Source: an uncultured Spirochaetota bacterium
GTDB taxonomy: Bacteria > Spirochaetota > Spirochaetia > SZUA-6 > Fen-1364
Direction of reading: 5' to 3'
Length of the DNA stretch: 64,000 nt
Assembly: GCA_963734545.1 (NCBI GenBank)
Contig: CAVTHO010000008.1
Coordinates: 448,001 to 512,000 of the forward strand
Shown: in pieces, positions 20,635-32,529 of the stretch
Layout of the letters: each line of letters begins with the position of its first letter
Position numbering within the stretch: position 1 is the first letter of the stretch
Program-made: the position numbers and the translations under genes
The notes under the pieces: generated by a model
The model's database searches: none
Seen by the model: only the letters and a program-made list of their open reading frames with translations
What the model was told of the DNA's origin: nothing

Positions 20635-21641
20635 TGGAAAACAGGCACGTTGTTTCACGGGCGCGCCCGTTCGCTTCCCTCCTGGCGCGCTGGGAGTCGA
20701 TCCTCGTCCTTATATTCGTCGCGGTCATCCTCTTCAACAGCATTGCCTCCCCCTACTTCCTCAACCCCACGAACCTCCTCGACACCACCTTCAGCTTCGT
20801 GGAAAAGGCCCTCATCGCGCTGCCCATGACTCTGGGCATCATCATGGGTGACATCGACATCTCCGTGGCAGGGATCCTCGCTCTCAGCTCTCTCGTCATG
20901 GGGGCCTTGTCCTCGGCCGGCGCAGGCACCACCGTGCTCGTGGCAGCGGGCCTGGGCACGGGATTTGTCGCGGGCTTCCTGAACGGCCTGCTCGCAACCA
21001 GATTCAGCATCCCCATGATCGCCGTCACCATTGGAGGGATCTCACTCTACCGCGGCATCGCCTACGCGGCGCTCGGCGACCAGGCGTTCACCAAATACCC
21101 CGCACCGTTCGCCTTTTTCGGCCAGGGCTACATCCCCGGCACCCACATTCCCTTCGAGCTGATCGTCTTCGTTGTCTGTGCCGTTCTCTTCGGCGTGCTC
21201 CTGCATCGGACCACGTTCGGCCGACGGGTGTATGCAATCGGCAATAATCCCGTGGCGGCCCGGTTCTCCGGCGTGCGCGTCCAGCAGATGCGTCTCGTCG
21301 TTTCCTGCCTCACGGGAACCATGTCCGGGCTGGCAGGTATCCTGCTCACTTCGCGGATCGGAAGCACGCGGCCGAACATCGCCAGCGGGTGGGAGATGGA
21401 AGTGATCACCACCGTGGTTCTTGGAGGGGTCGCGATCACCGGCGGCAAGGGGAACATGGTGGGGGTCATCCTCGGCATTTTCCTTCTCGGGTTCCTCAGG
21501 TTCGGCATGGGTCTCATCAATGTGCCGGGGATCGTGCAGAGTATTTTCTCCGGCGTCCTCCTCATCTTCGCCATCCTTCTGCCCGGATTCGTTGCCCGGC
21601 GCCAGGAAGGTGCCCGGCTGCGCAGGACAAGGGAAGCATAG
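20634..21641 (+). CDS. Sugar ABC transporter permease
   Basis: DIDISVA, FGRRVYAIGNN and ITTVVLGGVAITGGKG motifs; TGATG overlap. Confidence 0.9.
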   Translation: MENRHVVSRARPFASLLARWESILVLIFVAVILFNSIASPYFLNPTNLLDTTFSFVEKALIALPMTLGIIMGDIDISVAGILALSSLVMGALSSAGAGTTVLVAAGLGTGFVAGFLNGLLATRFSIPMIAVTIGGISLYRGIAYAALGDQAFTKYPAPFAFFGQGYIPGTHIPFELIVFVVCAVLFGVLLHRTTFGRRVYAIGNNPVAARFSGVRVQQMRLVVSCLTGTMSGLAGILLTSRIGSTRPNIASGWEMEVITTVVLGGVAITGGKGNMVGVILGIFLLGFLRFGMGLINVPGIVQSIFSGVLLIFAILLPGFVARRQEGARLRRTREA

Positions 21642-21662
21642 GAGCTGGCAAAGGAGCACACA

Positions 21663-23831
21663 ACGAAAAACCTGAGAATGGCGGCAAAGATCGGGACGGG
21701 GTTCGGCCTGGTCATCGCCATCATGTGCGCCCTCGGAGTTCTCGTCTACCTGAACATGCGGAGCGTTCAGGGAGACGTCCGTCGACTCGACGAGGAGACG
21801 GTCCCCCAGGTGGCTGTTGCAAACTCGATGGCGCGGGCCGGGGAGCTGACGAGCGCCAGCATGCAGGCCTATGCGCTCACGATGCAGCAGAGCTATTTCG
21901 ACCGCGCGAGACAGTACCTCGGAGAGATGGACAAGTCCATCTCCCGCGCAGAGGCGCTCTCGGCGGAATACCCGCGCCTGAACGTGCTTCGAAAGAACCA
22001 GGCTTACGCGCGAGCAAGACGTGAGGAGCTGGACGCGATCCTGGCAGAGACTTCTCTCACCGCAAAGGCAATCCTCGATGCGCGCGGAGCCCAGGACGCG
22101 GCCGACGCTGCTTTGCACGAGGCGACCTCGTCGTATCTCGAGTCCGAGAAGCGCAAGCTTGCGGACGCGGTAAACCGGCGGGCAGGGCCTGCGGAGATCA
22201 ATCGCAGGATTGCTGCCGTCACTACGGTCGGCAGGATCGCCGCCATGGCGGAGGACCTGGCGAAAGCGGTCTACAAGTCAGCGGCGCTCAACGACCCCGC
22301 GATCCTGCAGGCGGGGGTCGATGGCTTCATTTCGTTCGACAAGACCGTGGCTTCGCTCAGCCAGATGGGCGACCAGGAGGACAGGGAGCGCGTTCCGCAG
22401 CTTCAGAAGGCAGGGCTGGATCTTGCGTCCGCCTGCCGTGCTCTTCTTGACGGTCTGAAGAAGATGGCGGAGCTCCGCGGATCCGGCGCAGCGGCGTCCC
22501 AGGCAGTGTTCGACGCCGCTGCGCAGACCTGGGAGGAGGGGGTGAAGGATGCGGGGGCAATCGCCGGTCTCACCGCTTCCCGGCTGGTGACGTCCAATAT
22601 CTTCCTGTTCATCGGCCTCGCCGCATCCATGCTCCTTGCAATCGCCATCGCCCTGAGCATCACCCGCGCAATCACGGGTCCGCTCTCCAAGAGCGTCGCA
22701 TTTGCCCGGACCGTGGCAAGCGGCAATTTCACCATGCAGCTGGACATTTCACAGAGAGACGAGATAGGAACACTGGCAAAGGCTCTGGAGGGCATGAGTC
22801 TCAAGCTGAAGACCGCAATTGCTACTGTGCAGAAGAATGCCGCCGCGGTGGCGGAATCCAGCGACCAGATATTCACCAACGCGCAGAAGCTGTCGGAAGG
22901 TGCGCAGAGCCAGGCATCGACGCTGGAAGAAACGAGCGCCTCGGTCGAAGAGCTCGCCGCGTCGGTGGACCAGGTGGCGGACCACGCGCGGGGCCAGGCG
23001 GAGGCGGTGGAACGCGGCTCCTCCGCGATGGCGCAGGTGCATGAGTCGATAGCGGTCGTCTCGAAGAACCTTTCCGAGATCTCGACGCTCGCCAGCCACT
23101 CGGTGGAAAATGCCCTGGAAGGGGCGCGCGCGGTCTCCGACGTGGTGGACGGGATCAACCTCATTGCCGGCAGCTCGGAGAAGATCAGCGGGATCGTGGA
23201 CGTGATCAGCGACATCGCGGATCAGACCAACCTGCTTGCCCTGAATGCCTCCATCGAGGCGGCGCGCGCCGGTGAGCATGGACGGGGTTTCGCCGTCGTG
23301 GCGGAGGAGGTCAGCAAGCTGGCGGACCGCAGCTCCTCGTCGACCAAGGAGATCTCGAGCCTCATCCGGGAAAGCGTGAAGGACGTGGCGAAGGGGGTGG
23401 AAAAGGCCAAGGGCTCGCAGCTCGCCATGGAGCAGATCCGGGCCGCGTCGCAGCAGGTCCAGGAGATGATCGTGAGCCTCTCGAAGTCCATGTCGATACA
23501 GATAGGGGCGGCGCAGGAGATGGCAGGCTCCCTGACCAGCGTGAAGGAGATGAGCCAGAGCATCACGGCGGCCACGGATGAACAGACCACCAATGCGCGG
23601 CAGGTCTCCCGCGCGGTGGAGAACGTGAATGAGCTGACCCAGAGCGCGGCATCGGCCGCGGAAGAAATGTCACGCGCAACGGAAATGCTCGCCGGCATGG
23701 CACAGGAGCTTCAGAAGCTCACCGAGCAGTTCAAGATAGACGCAGGTGAAGGCGAAACAGAGGAGATCCCTGTTCTGGAAGAGGTGGTCACGCCGCCCGC
23801 CCTGCCGCGGCAGGGCGTCCCGGCACCGTAA
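21663..23831 (+). CDS. Methyl-accepting chemotaxis protein (start at ACG 21663 or ATG 21678)
   Basis: 2 TM, HAMP and [33 protein letters not shown]. Confidence 0.93.
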   Translation, partial: TKNLRMAAKIGTGFGLVIAIMCALGVLVYLNMRSVQGDVRRLDEETVPQVAVANSMARAGELTSASMQAYALTMQQSYFDRARQYLGEMDKSISRAEALSAEYPRLNVLRKNQAYARARREELDAILAETSLTAKAILDARGAQDAADAALHEATSSYLESEKRKLADAVNRRAGPAEINRRIAAVTTVGRIAAMAEDLAKAVYKSAALNDPAILQAGVDGFISFDKTVASLSQMGDQEDRERVPQLQKAGLDLASACRALLDGLKKMAELRGSGAAASQAVFDAAAQTWEEGVKDAGAIAGLTASRLVTSNIFLFIGLAASMLLAIAIALSITRAITGPLSKSVAFARTVASGNFTMQLDISQRDEIGTLAKALEGMSLKLKTAIATVQKNAAAVAESSDQIFTNAQKLSEGAQSQASTLEETSASVEELAASVDQVADHARGQAEAVERGSSAMAQVHESIAVVSKNLSEISTLASHSVENALEGARAVSDVVDGINLIAGSSEKISGIVDVISDIADQTNLLALNASIEAARAGEHGRGFAVVAEEVSKLADRSSSSTKEISSLIRESVKDVAKGVEKAKGSQLAMEQIRAASQQVQEMIVSLSKSMSIQIGAAQEMAGSLTSVKEMSQSITAATDEQTTNARQVSRAVENVNELTQSAASAAEEMSRATEMLAGMAQELQKLTEQFKIDAGEGETEEIPVLEEVVTPPALPRQGVPAP

Positions 23832-23857
23832 TCACGGGCTGCACGGGCCCGGCCGGC

Positions 23858-24967
23858 CTAGCGGTAGAGCCTTTTCAGCTTTCCGAGTATACCCATGTAC
23901 TCCAGGCCCGTCAGTGGGGCCTCCGGGTTGAAGTGGACCCCGTCAGGCAGATCCATGACCTCACGCTCCACTACTCCCAGCGCGGCGTCGAACCACGCTG
24001 AATCCACATCAAGGTCAGGCACGGGGCTCGTCGTGTACTTGAGCCGATAGCGCGTGAGAAGCTTCGGGTCGTGTTCCGTGCGGGAGATGAGGCCCCAGAG
24101 AAAGAACGCAACGTTCTTGCGGAGGGCGGGCGTGTCGGGGGACACGGTCGGATCGAGAAGGAGCCCCGCCTCCTTCACGGCAGGGAAGAGGGCGCCAAAC
24201 GAGGGCTTCGGATCCGGACTGAGGGCGGCAAGGAAACGCGTCTCCGACGAGGCGCGCTCGATCATTCCCCGGACCGTGAGCCGGGGCTCCAGCGATCCGG
24301 TCTGGTCGGTGACAGCGCCGCCGTCCCGGGCCGCCTGTGCGAGGGAGAATGCGCGGTCACGATCCTGGCCGTAGAGGGCCCGAAAGCGCGTGTCCAGCCC
24401 GCGCAGGCCTTCGTCGAGGTCCTGCGCCGCCTCGGCGTACCTGCCCGCCTTGAGAAGCTCCACTCCGCGCTCGCAGAGCAGCCGCGATTTTTCGTCGGCC
24501 TTCGCAATACCGGCATCCATCAGGGAAAGACGCGCCGCGGGATCCGGCGCGAGGGCCGCGCGCACGATCCATACACCCTGCTCCGCGTCCGAGAGCGCGG
24601 CCGCGATGTCCACGGATTTCCTCGCCGCGGCGAGGTCCCGGGCTAAAAGCGCCGCTTCCGCCTTGAGCGCTTCCACCCGGGCCCGCAGCCTTCGATTCAG
24701 CCCCGGCTGCGCGGCCGCGCCGTCCAGGTCCGCACGCAGGGCGGCGAGGGCTGGCTCATCCGGCGCGAGCCGGAGCTCGAGCAGCCGGGTGTCGAACATG
24801 TCCAGCGCGGCGATCTGCTCCGCGCCCGCGCTCTGCCCTACCTGGTCGGCGGGCACGGTCCGGCAGGATGCGGCGGCCAGGAGAATTGCGGCCGCGAGAA
24901 GAGGGGCTGCCGCGAAGGCGAGGCACCGGGGAAAGGGGCGCCGCAGCGCCAGCGGCCGTGCCGTCAT
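23858..24967 (-). CDS. TPR-containing lipoprotein with C-terminal SLH-like motif
   Basis: Lipobox LAAASC; TPR-like ERGVELLKAGRYAEAAQDLD; C-terminal DLDVDSAWF...MDLPDGVHFNPEAPLTGLE. Confidence 0.6.
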   Translation of the reverse strand: MTARPLALRRPFPRCLAFAAAPLLAAAILLAAASCRTVPADQVGQSAGAEQIAALDMFDTRLLELRLAPDEPALAALRADLDGAAAQPGLNRRLRARVEALKAEAALLARDLAAARKSVDIAAALSDAEQGVWIVRAALAPDPAARLSLMDAGIAKADEKSRLLCERGVELLKAGRYAEAAQDLDEGLRGLDTRFRALYGQDRDRAFSLAQAARDGGAVTDQTGSLEPRLTVRGMIERASSETRFLAALSPDPKPSFGALFPAVKEAGLLLDPTVSPDTPALRKNVAFFLWGLISRTEHDPKLLTRYRLKYTTSPVPDLDVDSAWFDAALGVVEREVMDLPDGVHFNPEAPLTGLEYMGILGKLKRLYR

Positions 24968-27622
24968 TTCTGCCCCCTGCCCGCCGCATACGCGTAGATC
25001 TTCCCGTCGAGGCCGGCGGTGAGCAGATCCAGTCTCCCGTCACGATCCAGGTCTACGAGCTGCGGTCGGGACACTCCCTTGACGGGAAATCCGGGCAGGG
25101 GGCGGAGAGCGGCGTCATAGCCGGCAATGAACGCTCCCGAGCCGTAGAGGAAAATCTCATCACGGCCGTCCCCGTCCAGGTCCGCAATGAGAATGCGGGC
25201 GTCCTTCCCGTCCAGGTCGGGGATGCCCGCCTGCCGGAGAACGACTCCGTCCAGGCCCACCTGCCGGATGACGCCGTCCTGCGCCAGGATGACCAGCACG
25301 GGACGACCCTCGACGCTCATCGTACCGGGGGTTGCGTAAAAGACGCCGGGCAGCGTGAGGGGAAACGGCGGAATGGGTTTGCCGGACAGGTCCCACGCGT
25401 GCAGCGAACCGGCCTGGGTGAGAAACGTGACGACGTACGATTGTCCCGACGCGACGATCCGCGGCGCGCAATACGATATTCCGGCTGCCTGTACCGGCCA
25501 TCCGGGCGCCTCCACGCCCTTGAGATCGCTCAGGTGCACCCAGGCATCGAAGCTCTTCGGATAGAACACGGTCCTGCCCGCCGCGAAATCGGGCGGCGCA
25601 AAGAGCGGCGCCTCCAACCGCTGAGAGAAGACGTTTCGGGAGCCGTCGGGTCCCACGAGCACGAGCGCGGATTCGGTCTTCGAGAAGAGCGCGAGCTTCC
25701 CGTCGATCATCGCGGGCGGCATGGGGCTCACGATTCCGGTTGCGAGGGGGAACGGGGCAAGAGGAAGGAGCCGGGCGCCAAAACGCCAGATCGTTCCGCC
25801 GGGAGATACGGCCCAGAGGGCGGCAAAAGTGCCGGGACCGGCCGCGCTCGGGCACGAGAACCGAGTCCGGCTCGAGCTTCGCCTCCGCAAGCTCGGTTCC
25901 TCCCGCGTCCGCGAGAACGAGGACGGACCTGTCACGGATCCAGGCAAGCGTCAGGGAGCTGGAATCAGTGAAGCGAAAAGCCAGGACGTCCCCCGAGACG
26001 ACTCCCGACGGCGCGAGCGGGAAACCGGGAAGAAGCTTTGCCCCGCCGGTGGCCGCCCGTGACGCGGCCAGGGAGAGGCGCACTTCCGCGGGGGTGGCGC
26101 GAATGGCAACGACGCCGTTCGTGTACAGGCGCAGGATGTCGGCGAGCAGGCCCGAACCCCTGATGAAAAACGGCTCGCTCCGCGACATGTCGTACCAGGC
26201 AAAAAAACTGGAATCGGCGGGGATCCGCTCGGCCAGACGCGCGTACAGGCTGGTCTGGGCGAGGTTGTCCCCCGTGTCAGCGGCCCTCACCACCGCCGCC
26301 AGATTCTGCGCATCCAGAGAAACAAAAATGTAGTTGTCACGGACAAGGAAGTACGGCTCCGGTACATTCACGCCGAGCGCGTCCAGTATCAGGCCCATAT
26401 ACCAGGGCAGGGAAAGCCTGTCGATGCGGATGCCATCCAGCACGAGCGAGCTGTCCCTGCCCGCCACGGCGGACGTGGTGAGCCTGGCGATGGCGCGTGT
26501 GCACGCCTGCGCATCCGTGATCTTCGCGAAGAATACCGCCTCCGCCGAGCCCGGCTGCATGAAGGCGCCCACCTCCGCACCCACCCAGGAGAAGAGGAGC
26601 TCGTCGATTCCGGCGCCGAGCACGGTGCGGGCGCCTGAATCTGCCCGCGCGAAGATATCCTGGACGTCCTTCCCCTGGAAGGCGGCGGCCAGCCGGTAGA
26701 GATCCGCGAGCGGCGCGATGTTGGAGATCGTAAGAAGCTGGGCAGAAGAGGGGACGTAGCGTAATATCCCGATCGGCGCGGGGGCGCCGGCGAGGACCTT
26801 CGACAGCTCCGGCAGGGACACCGAGACCGGGAGCGCAGCGCCAAGCTGCAGGCGCGTGTTGCTGAGCTGCACGTCCAGCATGGTCTGACCGGGAATCTCC
26901 ACCGCGTCCAGGACCTTTGCACCGAACGGGGTGGCGCCGAGAAGGTCCGTCGACATGCCCTGCGTGTCCACCAGTACCCGCACGGCGGTGCTGCTCCGGA
27001 GACGGATCCGGTCCAGAAGCTCGCGGCTGGCCCGGGCGGCAAGGCCCGTGTGAGAGGCGCGCCGCGCCAGCGCCTCCTTCACCGTGTCGGCGTCGATGGA
27101 CAGGAGAACCACATTGTTGGCCAGCGCGGCATGAATCGTCGTCGCGCCGGCCGTGTAGCGGTACATCGGGAGCCCGGCGTCGTTGAGGAAGCTGAAACCC
27201 TTGATCCTGAGAAGCGGACCCACGAAACGCGCAAGCGGCGTCAGGATGCCCCGCCAGCCGATGTCGAGCACGGCGACGATCTTCCCCTCCGGGAGGAGCA
27301 TGACGTCGGCCCGCACGTCGAGCAGCGTGCGCAGGACCGGCGCGCGCGTCAGCGCAAGACCGCGCGCGTCGGTGAGGACGCCGTGATAGGGGGCGAGCTC
27401 GGGGCGCGCCAGAACGACATCCGCGGCCTCGAGAGTGAGCCATTGGTCGTAGATGGCCCGGAGGGACGGCACCTGGACGTACGCGACGTAGCGGTCGGGG
27501 AGAAACGAGGTCGGGTCTTCGCGCCGTACGAGCCAGGTCACGACAAGGGCCAGCACGCCGAGGACGCAGAGGGCAAGGATGCCCAGAAAGGTCGTGAGAA
27601 CGCCCTTGAGGATTTTCTTCAT
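24964..27622 (-). CDS. Large membrane-anchored protein with C-terminal FG-GAP/VCBS-like beta-propeller; +1 frameshift near 25840
   Basis: N-terminal TM (MKKILKGVLTTFLG...); recurring PG(F/W)P units and DLDGDGRDE/DLDRDGRLD Ca-binding motifs split over two ORFs. Confidence 0.65.
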
Positions 27623-28585
27623 CAGCGGCGCGCCCGCGCGCGCCTGCGGGCCGGGCGCCTGATTTCGCCCGCGTAGCCACGGGCCCTCCACACGAGCCCG
27701 ACGACTCCCGAGGCTACCACCGCCAGGGCGAGGATGGCCCAGAAAGCCCAGCCCCTGTCGGCCAGGGGAATGCCGACGTTCATCGAGAAGACGCTGACGA
27801 CAAAGGTCGGGATCATGATGGAAATCGTGATGATGTTCAGCGTCTTCATGAGCACGCTGAGATTATTGTTGACGACCGACACGCGCGCGTCCATGAGGCT
27901 CGCGAATATGTTGGAATAGATCTCCGCCTGGCGGTAGCATTGCGTATTCTCGATGATGAGGTCCTCCAGGTACTCGAGGTTTTCCGACGAGAACCCGATC
28001 CGGGCCGCATTCGTCTTCAACCTTTCGATGGCCACCCCGTTGGAGTGAATGGAGTTCTGGTAGTAGACGAGGCTCTTTTCCAGTGTGAAGAGGTTGATGA
28101 GATGCCGGTTCTCCATGGAGCGCTGGATCTTTGCCTCCAGCGAATCGGCAATGCTGTTCATCACCTTCAGGTGCTCCAGGTAATGCAGCGTCGTGCGGAA
28201 GAGCACCTTGAGGAGCAGATCCGGCAGGGAAGTGATCCTCTGCACCTGGTGGGCTTCCAGCGGCATCAACTCCTCCTGCGCCACGATCACCATCTTGTCC
28301 TTGAACAGGAACAGCCCCATGGAGGACACGGTGAACAGGAACTGGTCCGCGGAGGAGTAGTTGCGGGGCCGGTTGACGATGAGCGCGGCGTGGTCCGGCT
28401 CGAACTCCAGACGGGAGAGCTCATCCGGATCCAGGGCCGAGTTCAGCGTGTGTTCGTCGATCTTGAGCGTGCGCGACGAGCAGCTCGCGCTCGGCCGGCT
28501 CGGGATTCACGTAGAGCATGACCTCGCACGCCGGGCCGCTTGACTCGCAGAGCTTTCCCTCCATGATGCGGTATTCCTTCAGCAT
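27622..28585 (-). CDS. corA: CorA family Mg2+ transporter; +1 frameshift near 28475
   Basis: SALDPDELSRLE upstream of the annotated ORF; NNNLSVLMKTL, PTFVVSVFSMNV (GMN-like); RBS GGAGG before 28585. Confidence 0.85.
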
Positions 28586-28610
28586 GATGCCTCCTGAATC
28601 GCCTGTCCCC

Positions 28611-30463
28611 TCAGAGGGATTTCTCGAGCGCGCGGTTCATCCGCTTCACGAAACCGGCCGAGTCCTTGAGCTCGGCGCCCTCGACGAGCAATGCCTGGTC
28701 GAGGAGGAGCCGGCTGACGTCGTCGATCACCGCAGGGTCCGTCACGCCGGCGAGCTTGGTGACGATGGGATGGGAAGGATTGAGCTCCAGGATCGGCTTC
28801 ACGTCCGGAAGGTCCTTGTTGCCCATCACCTTCAGTATCTGCTGCATCTGCATGGTCGGATCATGCTCGTCCACCACGATGCAGGACGGCGAATCGGCCA
28901 GCCGGCGCGAGGCCCGCACGTCCTTCACCTGGTCCCCCAGCGCCTTCTTCACCCTGGCGATCAGCGGCTCGAGCGCGTCCGCCTTCGCCTTGTCCTCGTC
29001 CGTCTTCAGGTCGTCCGCCGTGGCCGAGCGGTTCACCGCCTTGAGCTCGACCTCCATGAAGGTCCCGATGGATGAGGCCACGATCTCGTCGATCTCGTCG
29101 TCCATCACGAGCACCTCGAGCCCCCTGGCCTTGTAGGTCTCCAGAAGCGGCGAGTTGCGCAGACCCGCCTCCCGGCCGCCGGTAATATAGTAGATTGCCT
29201 TCTGGTCCGGCTTCATCCGGTCACGGTATTCAGAGAGGCTCGTCCAGCCCTCCACCACGGTGGACTTGTAGCGCAGGAGCTCCATGAGCTGGTCTTTGTG
29301 CTCGAAGTCCTGCAGGACGCCCTCCTTCAGCACCCTGCCGAACTCGTTCCAGATCGTCGTGTAGAGCTTCACGTCCTTGGTGAGCTGGGCGAGCTCCTGG
29401 AGGATTTTGCGGACGGACGAGGAGCGGATATTCTCCATGATCCTGTTCTTCTGGAGAATCTCGCGGCTGACATTGAGCGGCAGGTCCTCCGAGTCGATGA
29501 TCCCCCTCACGAAGCGCAGGTACACGGGAAGCAGCTCCTTCTCGCTCTCCGTGATGAACACGCGCTTGATGTACAGCTTCACGCCCGGCTGGTAGTCGTA
29601 GCGGTACAGGTCGAACGGCGCATGCGAGGGAATGTAGAAGAGCGTGCTGTACGCGAGGGCGCCTTCCACGGAATGGTGGATCCAGTGCAGGGGGTCCTCG
29701 TCGTCGTGGCTGAGGGTCTTGTAGAACTCCTTGTAGTCCTCCTCCTTCAGCTCCGACTTCGGCCGCCTCCACAGCGCGAGGGCCGAGTTGACCTGGGCCA
29801 CCTTGTCCACCTTCCCGCCGTGCTGCCCCTCTTCCTGGTAGTGCAGGTGGATGGGGAAGGCGATGTGGTTGGAATACTTGCGGATGATCCCTTCGATCCG
29901 CCACCGGTCCGCGTATTCCTTCCCCGCCTCGTTCAGGTGCAGAATGACGGTCGTGCCCGCCACGTCGCGCTGCGCGCTCGGCGATCTCGTATTCTCCCTT
30001 CCCGTCGCTCGTCCACTTCCAGGCTTTCTCGTCCCCGATCTTCCGCGTGACGACCTCCACGGTATCCGCCACCATGAACGACGGAGTAGAAGCCCACGCC
30101 GAACTGGCCGATGAGGCTGGAGCCTTTCTTCGCGTCCGCTGCCATGGCCTGAAGGAACTCGCGCGTGCCCGAGCGGGCAATGGTCCCCAGGTTCTGCTCC
30201 AGGTCCTTCTCGTCCATCCCGATGCCGGTGTCCGTCACGGTGAGGGTCTTCCTGTCCTTTGTGTCGAAGGAAATGTCGATGCGCGGCAGGAACGGCACGC
30301 CCTTGTACTCCTCCTGCGTGAGGGTGAGGTACTTCAGCTTGTCCAGCGCATCGGCGGCATTGGAGACGAGCTCCCGGAGAAAGATCTCGTTGTGGGAATA
30401 CAGGGAATGGATGATGAGCGTGAGAAGCTGGTTGACTTCAGCCTGGAACTGGTGCTTGGACAT
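28611..30463 (-). CDS. htpG: Hsp90 chaperone HtpG; two +1 frameshifts (~30082, ~29975)
   Basis: [52 protein letters not shown] and ILELNPSHP motifs. Confidence 0.93.
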
Positions 30464-30475
30464 AGTGTTCCTCTC

Positions 30476-30608
30476 GAGAGAATTCGCGGTCACGGTCGGC
30501 CTTACGGCCATCCGTGGCCTCGGCCGACCTCGCGGCTCTCGGCGTCTGCTTCGCAGCCCGCCTGCCGCCCTCCGCGCGCCTTCGGCGCGCTACGCATCCC
30601 TGTCTACG
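30476..30608. repeat. REP-like multi-hairpin palindromic element in htpG 5' region
   Basis: GGTCGGCC..GGCCATCCGTGGCC..GGCCGACC stem (30494-30529), CTGCTTCGCAG and GCGCGCCTTCGGCGCGC hairpins, CATCCCTGTCTAC end. Confidence 0.55.
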
Positions 30609-30639
30609 CCGGAAACCTACCTTGAAATCGAGCGTGGGT

Positions 30640-30671
30640 AAAGACCGGGTCGGCCGCAGGCGCTGACCCGG
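30640..30671 (-). terminator. Probable intrinsic terminator of MFS gene
   Basis: Minus-strand CCGGGTCAGC...GCCGACCCGG followed by TCTTT, just after the corrected stop at 30678. Confidence 0.5.
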
Positions 30672-30677
30672 ACCTGT

Positions 30678-32499
30678 TCAGCTTTCCGGTGACGCGGGGG
30701 TAACAGCGGGTATGTTTCCGGCCACGCTGCCGGGCTGCGCCGGCGGCTCCCCCTTCTCCCGCCACGGCGTGTATCGCCCCGCGCGTCTTCCGCAGGGCAA
30801 GCTCGGGAAGGAACAGGGTGAAGAGGAACCCGAGCGCCACGACGAACAAGCCCCAGAAATAGACGCGGGTGATCGCGTCCGTGAACGCGTTCTTCAGCGC
30901 CCCCGTGACCTCACCCGTCACCCGGGCCGCCTGCGCGTCCAGCGAAGCCCTGATCTGCGGAAGGGCCGCCTGCGCCGCGGCGCCGCCGCTTCTCACCAGG
31001 TCCTTGACCGCGGCAGGCAGCCGCGGGTCGGCCAGGACGCTCTCCCGCGCCGCAGCATCGCCCCTTGAAATCGCCGCGTCGATCGTGGTGTAGGTGCTCT
31101 GCATGCCCGCCCTGATCTGGTCTCCCACTGCTCCGAAGTTGCCGGATTCGAGCTGGCCCATGTTGAAGCTGATGGCCGCCGCGCCCGACTTCTGCATCTC
31201 CGGCGGCATGTACTTCGGGAGCTGGGCGGCAAGCGTCGTGGCGAGAATGGTCCCGAATATGGCGACTCCCACGGTCGAGCCGATCTGCCGGAAGAACTGA
31301 CTGCTGCTCGTGGCCGCTCCCATCTCGTGCGGATTCACCGAGTTCTGCACGGCGAGGAGATAGATCGGAAGGGCCGGACCGATGCCGACGCCGAGCAGGA
31401 TCATGCGCCAGGTCATCATCGACTGGGTGGTGTGAATGGTGAGTCCCGTCATGGTCCAGTAGCCGGCGAAGACCAGCACGGCCCCTATCAGCAGGAGGAA
31501 CTTGTATTTGCCCAGCCTGCTCACGAGCTGGCCGGAGATGAAGCTCGACACCACCAGGCCGAGAGTGAGCGGCATGACGGTCAGCCCCGCGGCGCTTGCG
31601 GACGCGCCGACCACGAGGACCATGTAGATGGGCAGGAAGACGATGGCCCCGAAAAAGGCCACACCGGCGATCAGCAGCGCGCCGATATTGCCGAGCACGA
31701 AGGTCCGGTTGGCGAACAGGTCGAAGGGAAGTATCGGCTCCCGGGCGCGTTTCTCCACGAGGATGAACACAAGGACACCCACGGCACCCAGGCCGAACAG
31801 CCCGAGTACCTGCCACGAGCCCCAGGGGTACTCCTGCCCGCCCAGGCTCAAGGCAAGGAGGATGGGAAGAATGCCCAGGAGGAGGGCTGCCGAGCCTTTC
31901 CAGTCGATGCTCACTTTTCTCGTGAGTGCCGGCTTCAGCGGCGGCATCTGGAAGATGATGAAGAGAAGCGCGATGAGCCCGATCGGCATGTTGACGTAAA
32001 AAACCCATCGCCACGAAAGAGTGTCGGTGAGAAAACCGCCCAGCCACGGCCCGATCACGCTGGAGATGCCGAATACCGCTCCGAACAGGCCCTGGTACTT
32101 GCCGCGCTCCGCCGGCGAGAAGAGGTCGGCGACGACGGTAAACGTGGTGGAGAATATGCCCGCGCTTCCGAGCCCCTGAAGCGCCCGGAACACGACAAGC
32201 TCAGTCATGCTCCTGGACTGGCCCGAGAGGACCGAGCCGAGGAGGAACGTGACCACGCCGATCAGGACCACGACCTTCCTGCCGTAGAGATCGGAGAGCT
32301 TCCCGTAGATGGGGATCATGGAAGTGGAGGCGAGCAGGTACGCGGTCACCACCCAGGTGTAGAGGTTCAGGCCGTTCAGGGTCTGCAGGATCTTCGGCAT
32401 CGCGGTGGCCACTATGGTCTGATCGAGAGCGGCGAGAAGAAGCGCCGTCAGGATGCCGGCCAGCGTGAATGCACGTTCCCTGCCTGTCACAGTATACAT
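30678..32499 (-). CDS. DHA2 (EmrB/QacA) MFS efflux transporter; likely +1 error in G-run ~30750
   Basis: LDQTIVATAMP, GKLSDLYGRK, WRWVFYVNMPIG and FFRQIGSTVG motifs. Removing one G gives a natural C-terminus before a terminator. Confidence 0.88.
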
Positions 32500-32529
32500 G
32501 AAGCAGATATCTCCTTTGCGGAGATAAAG

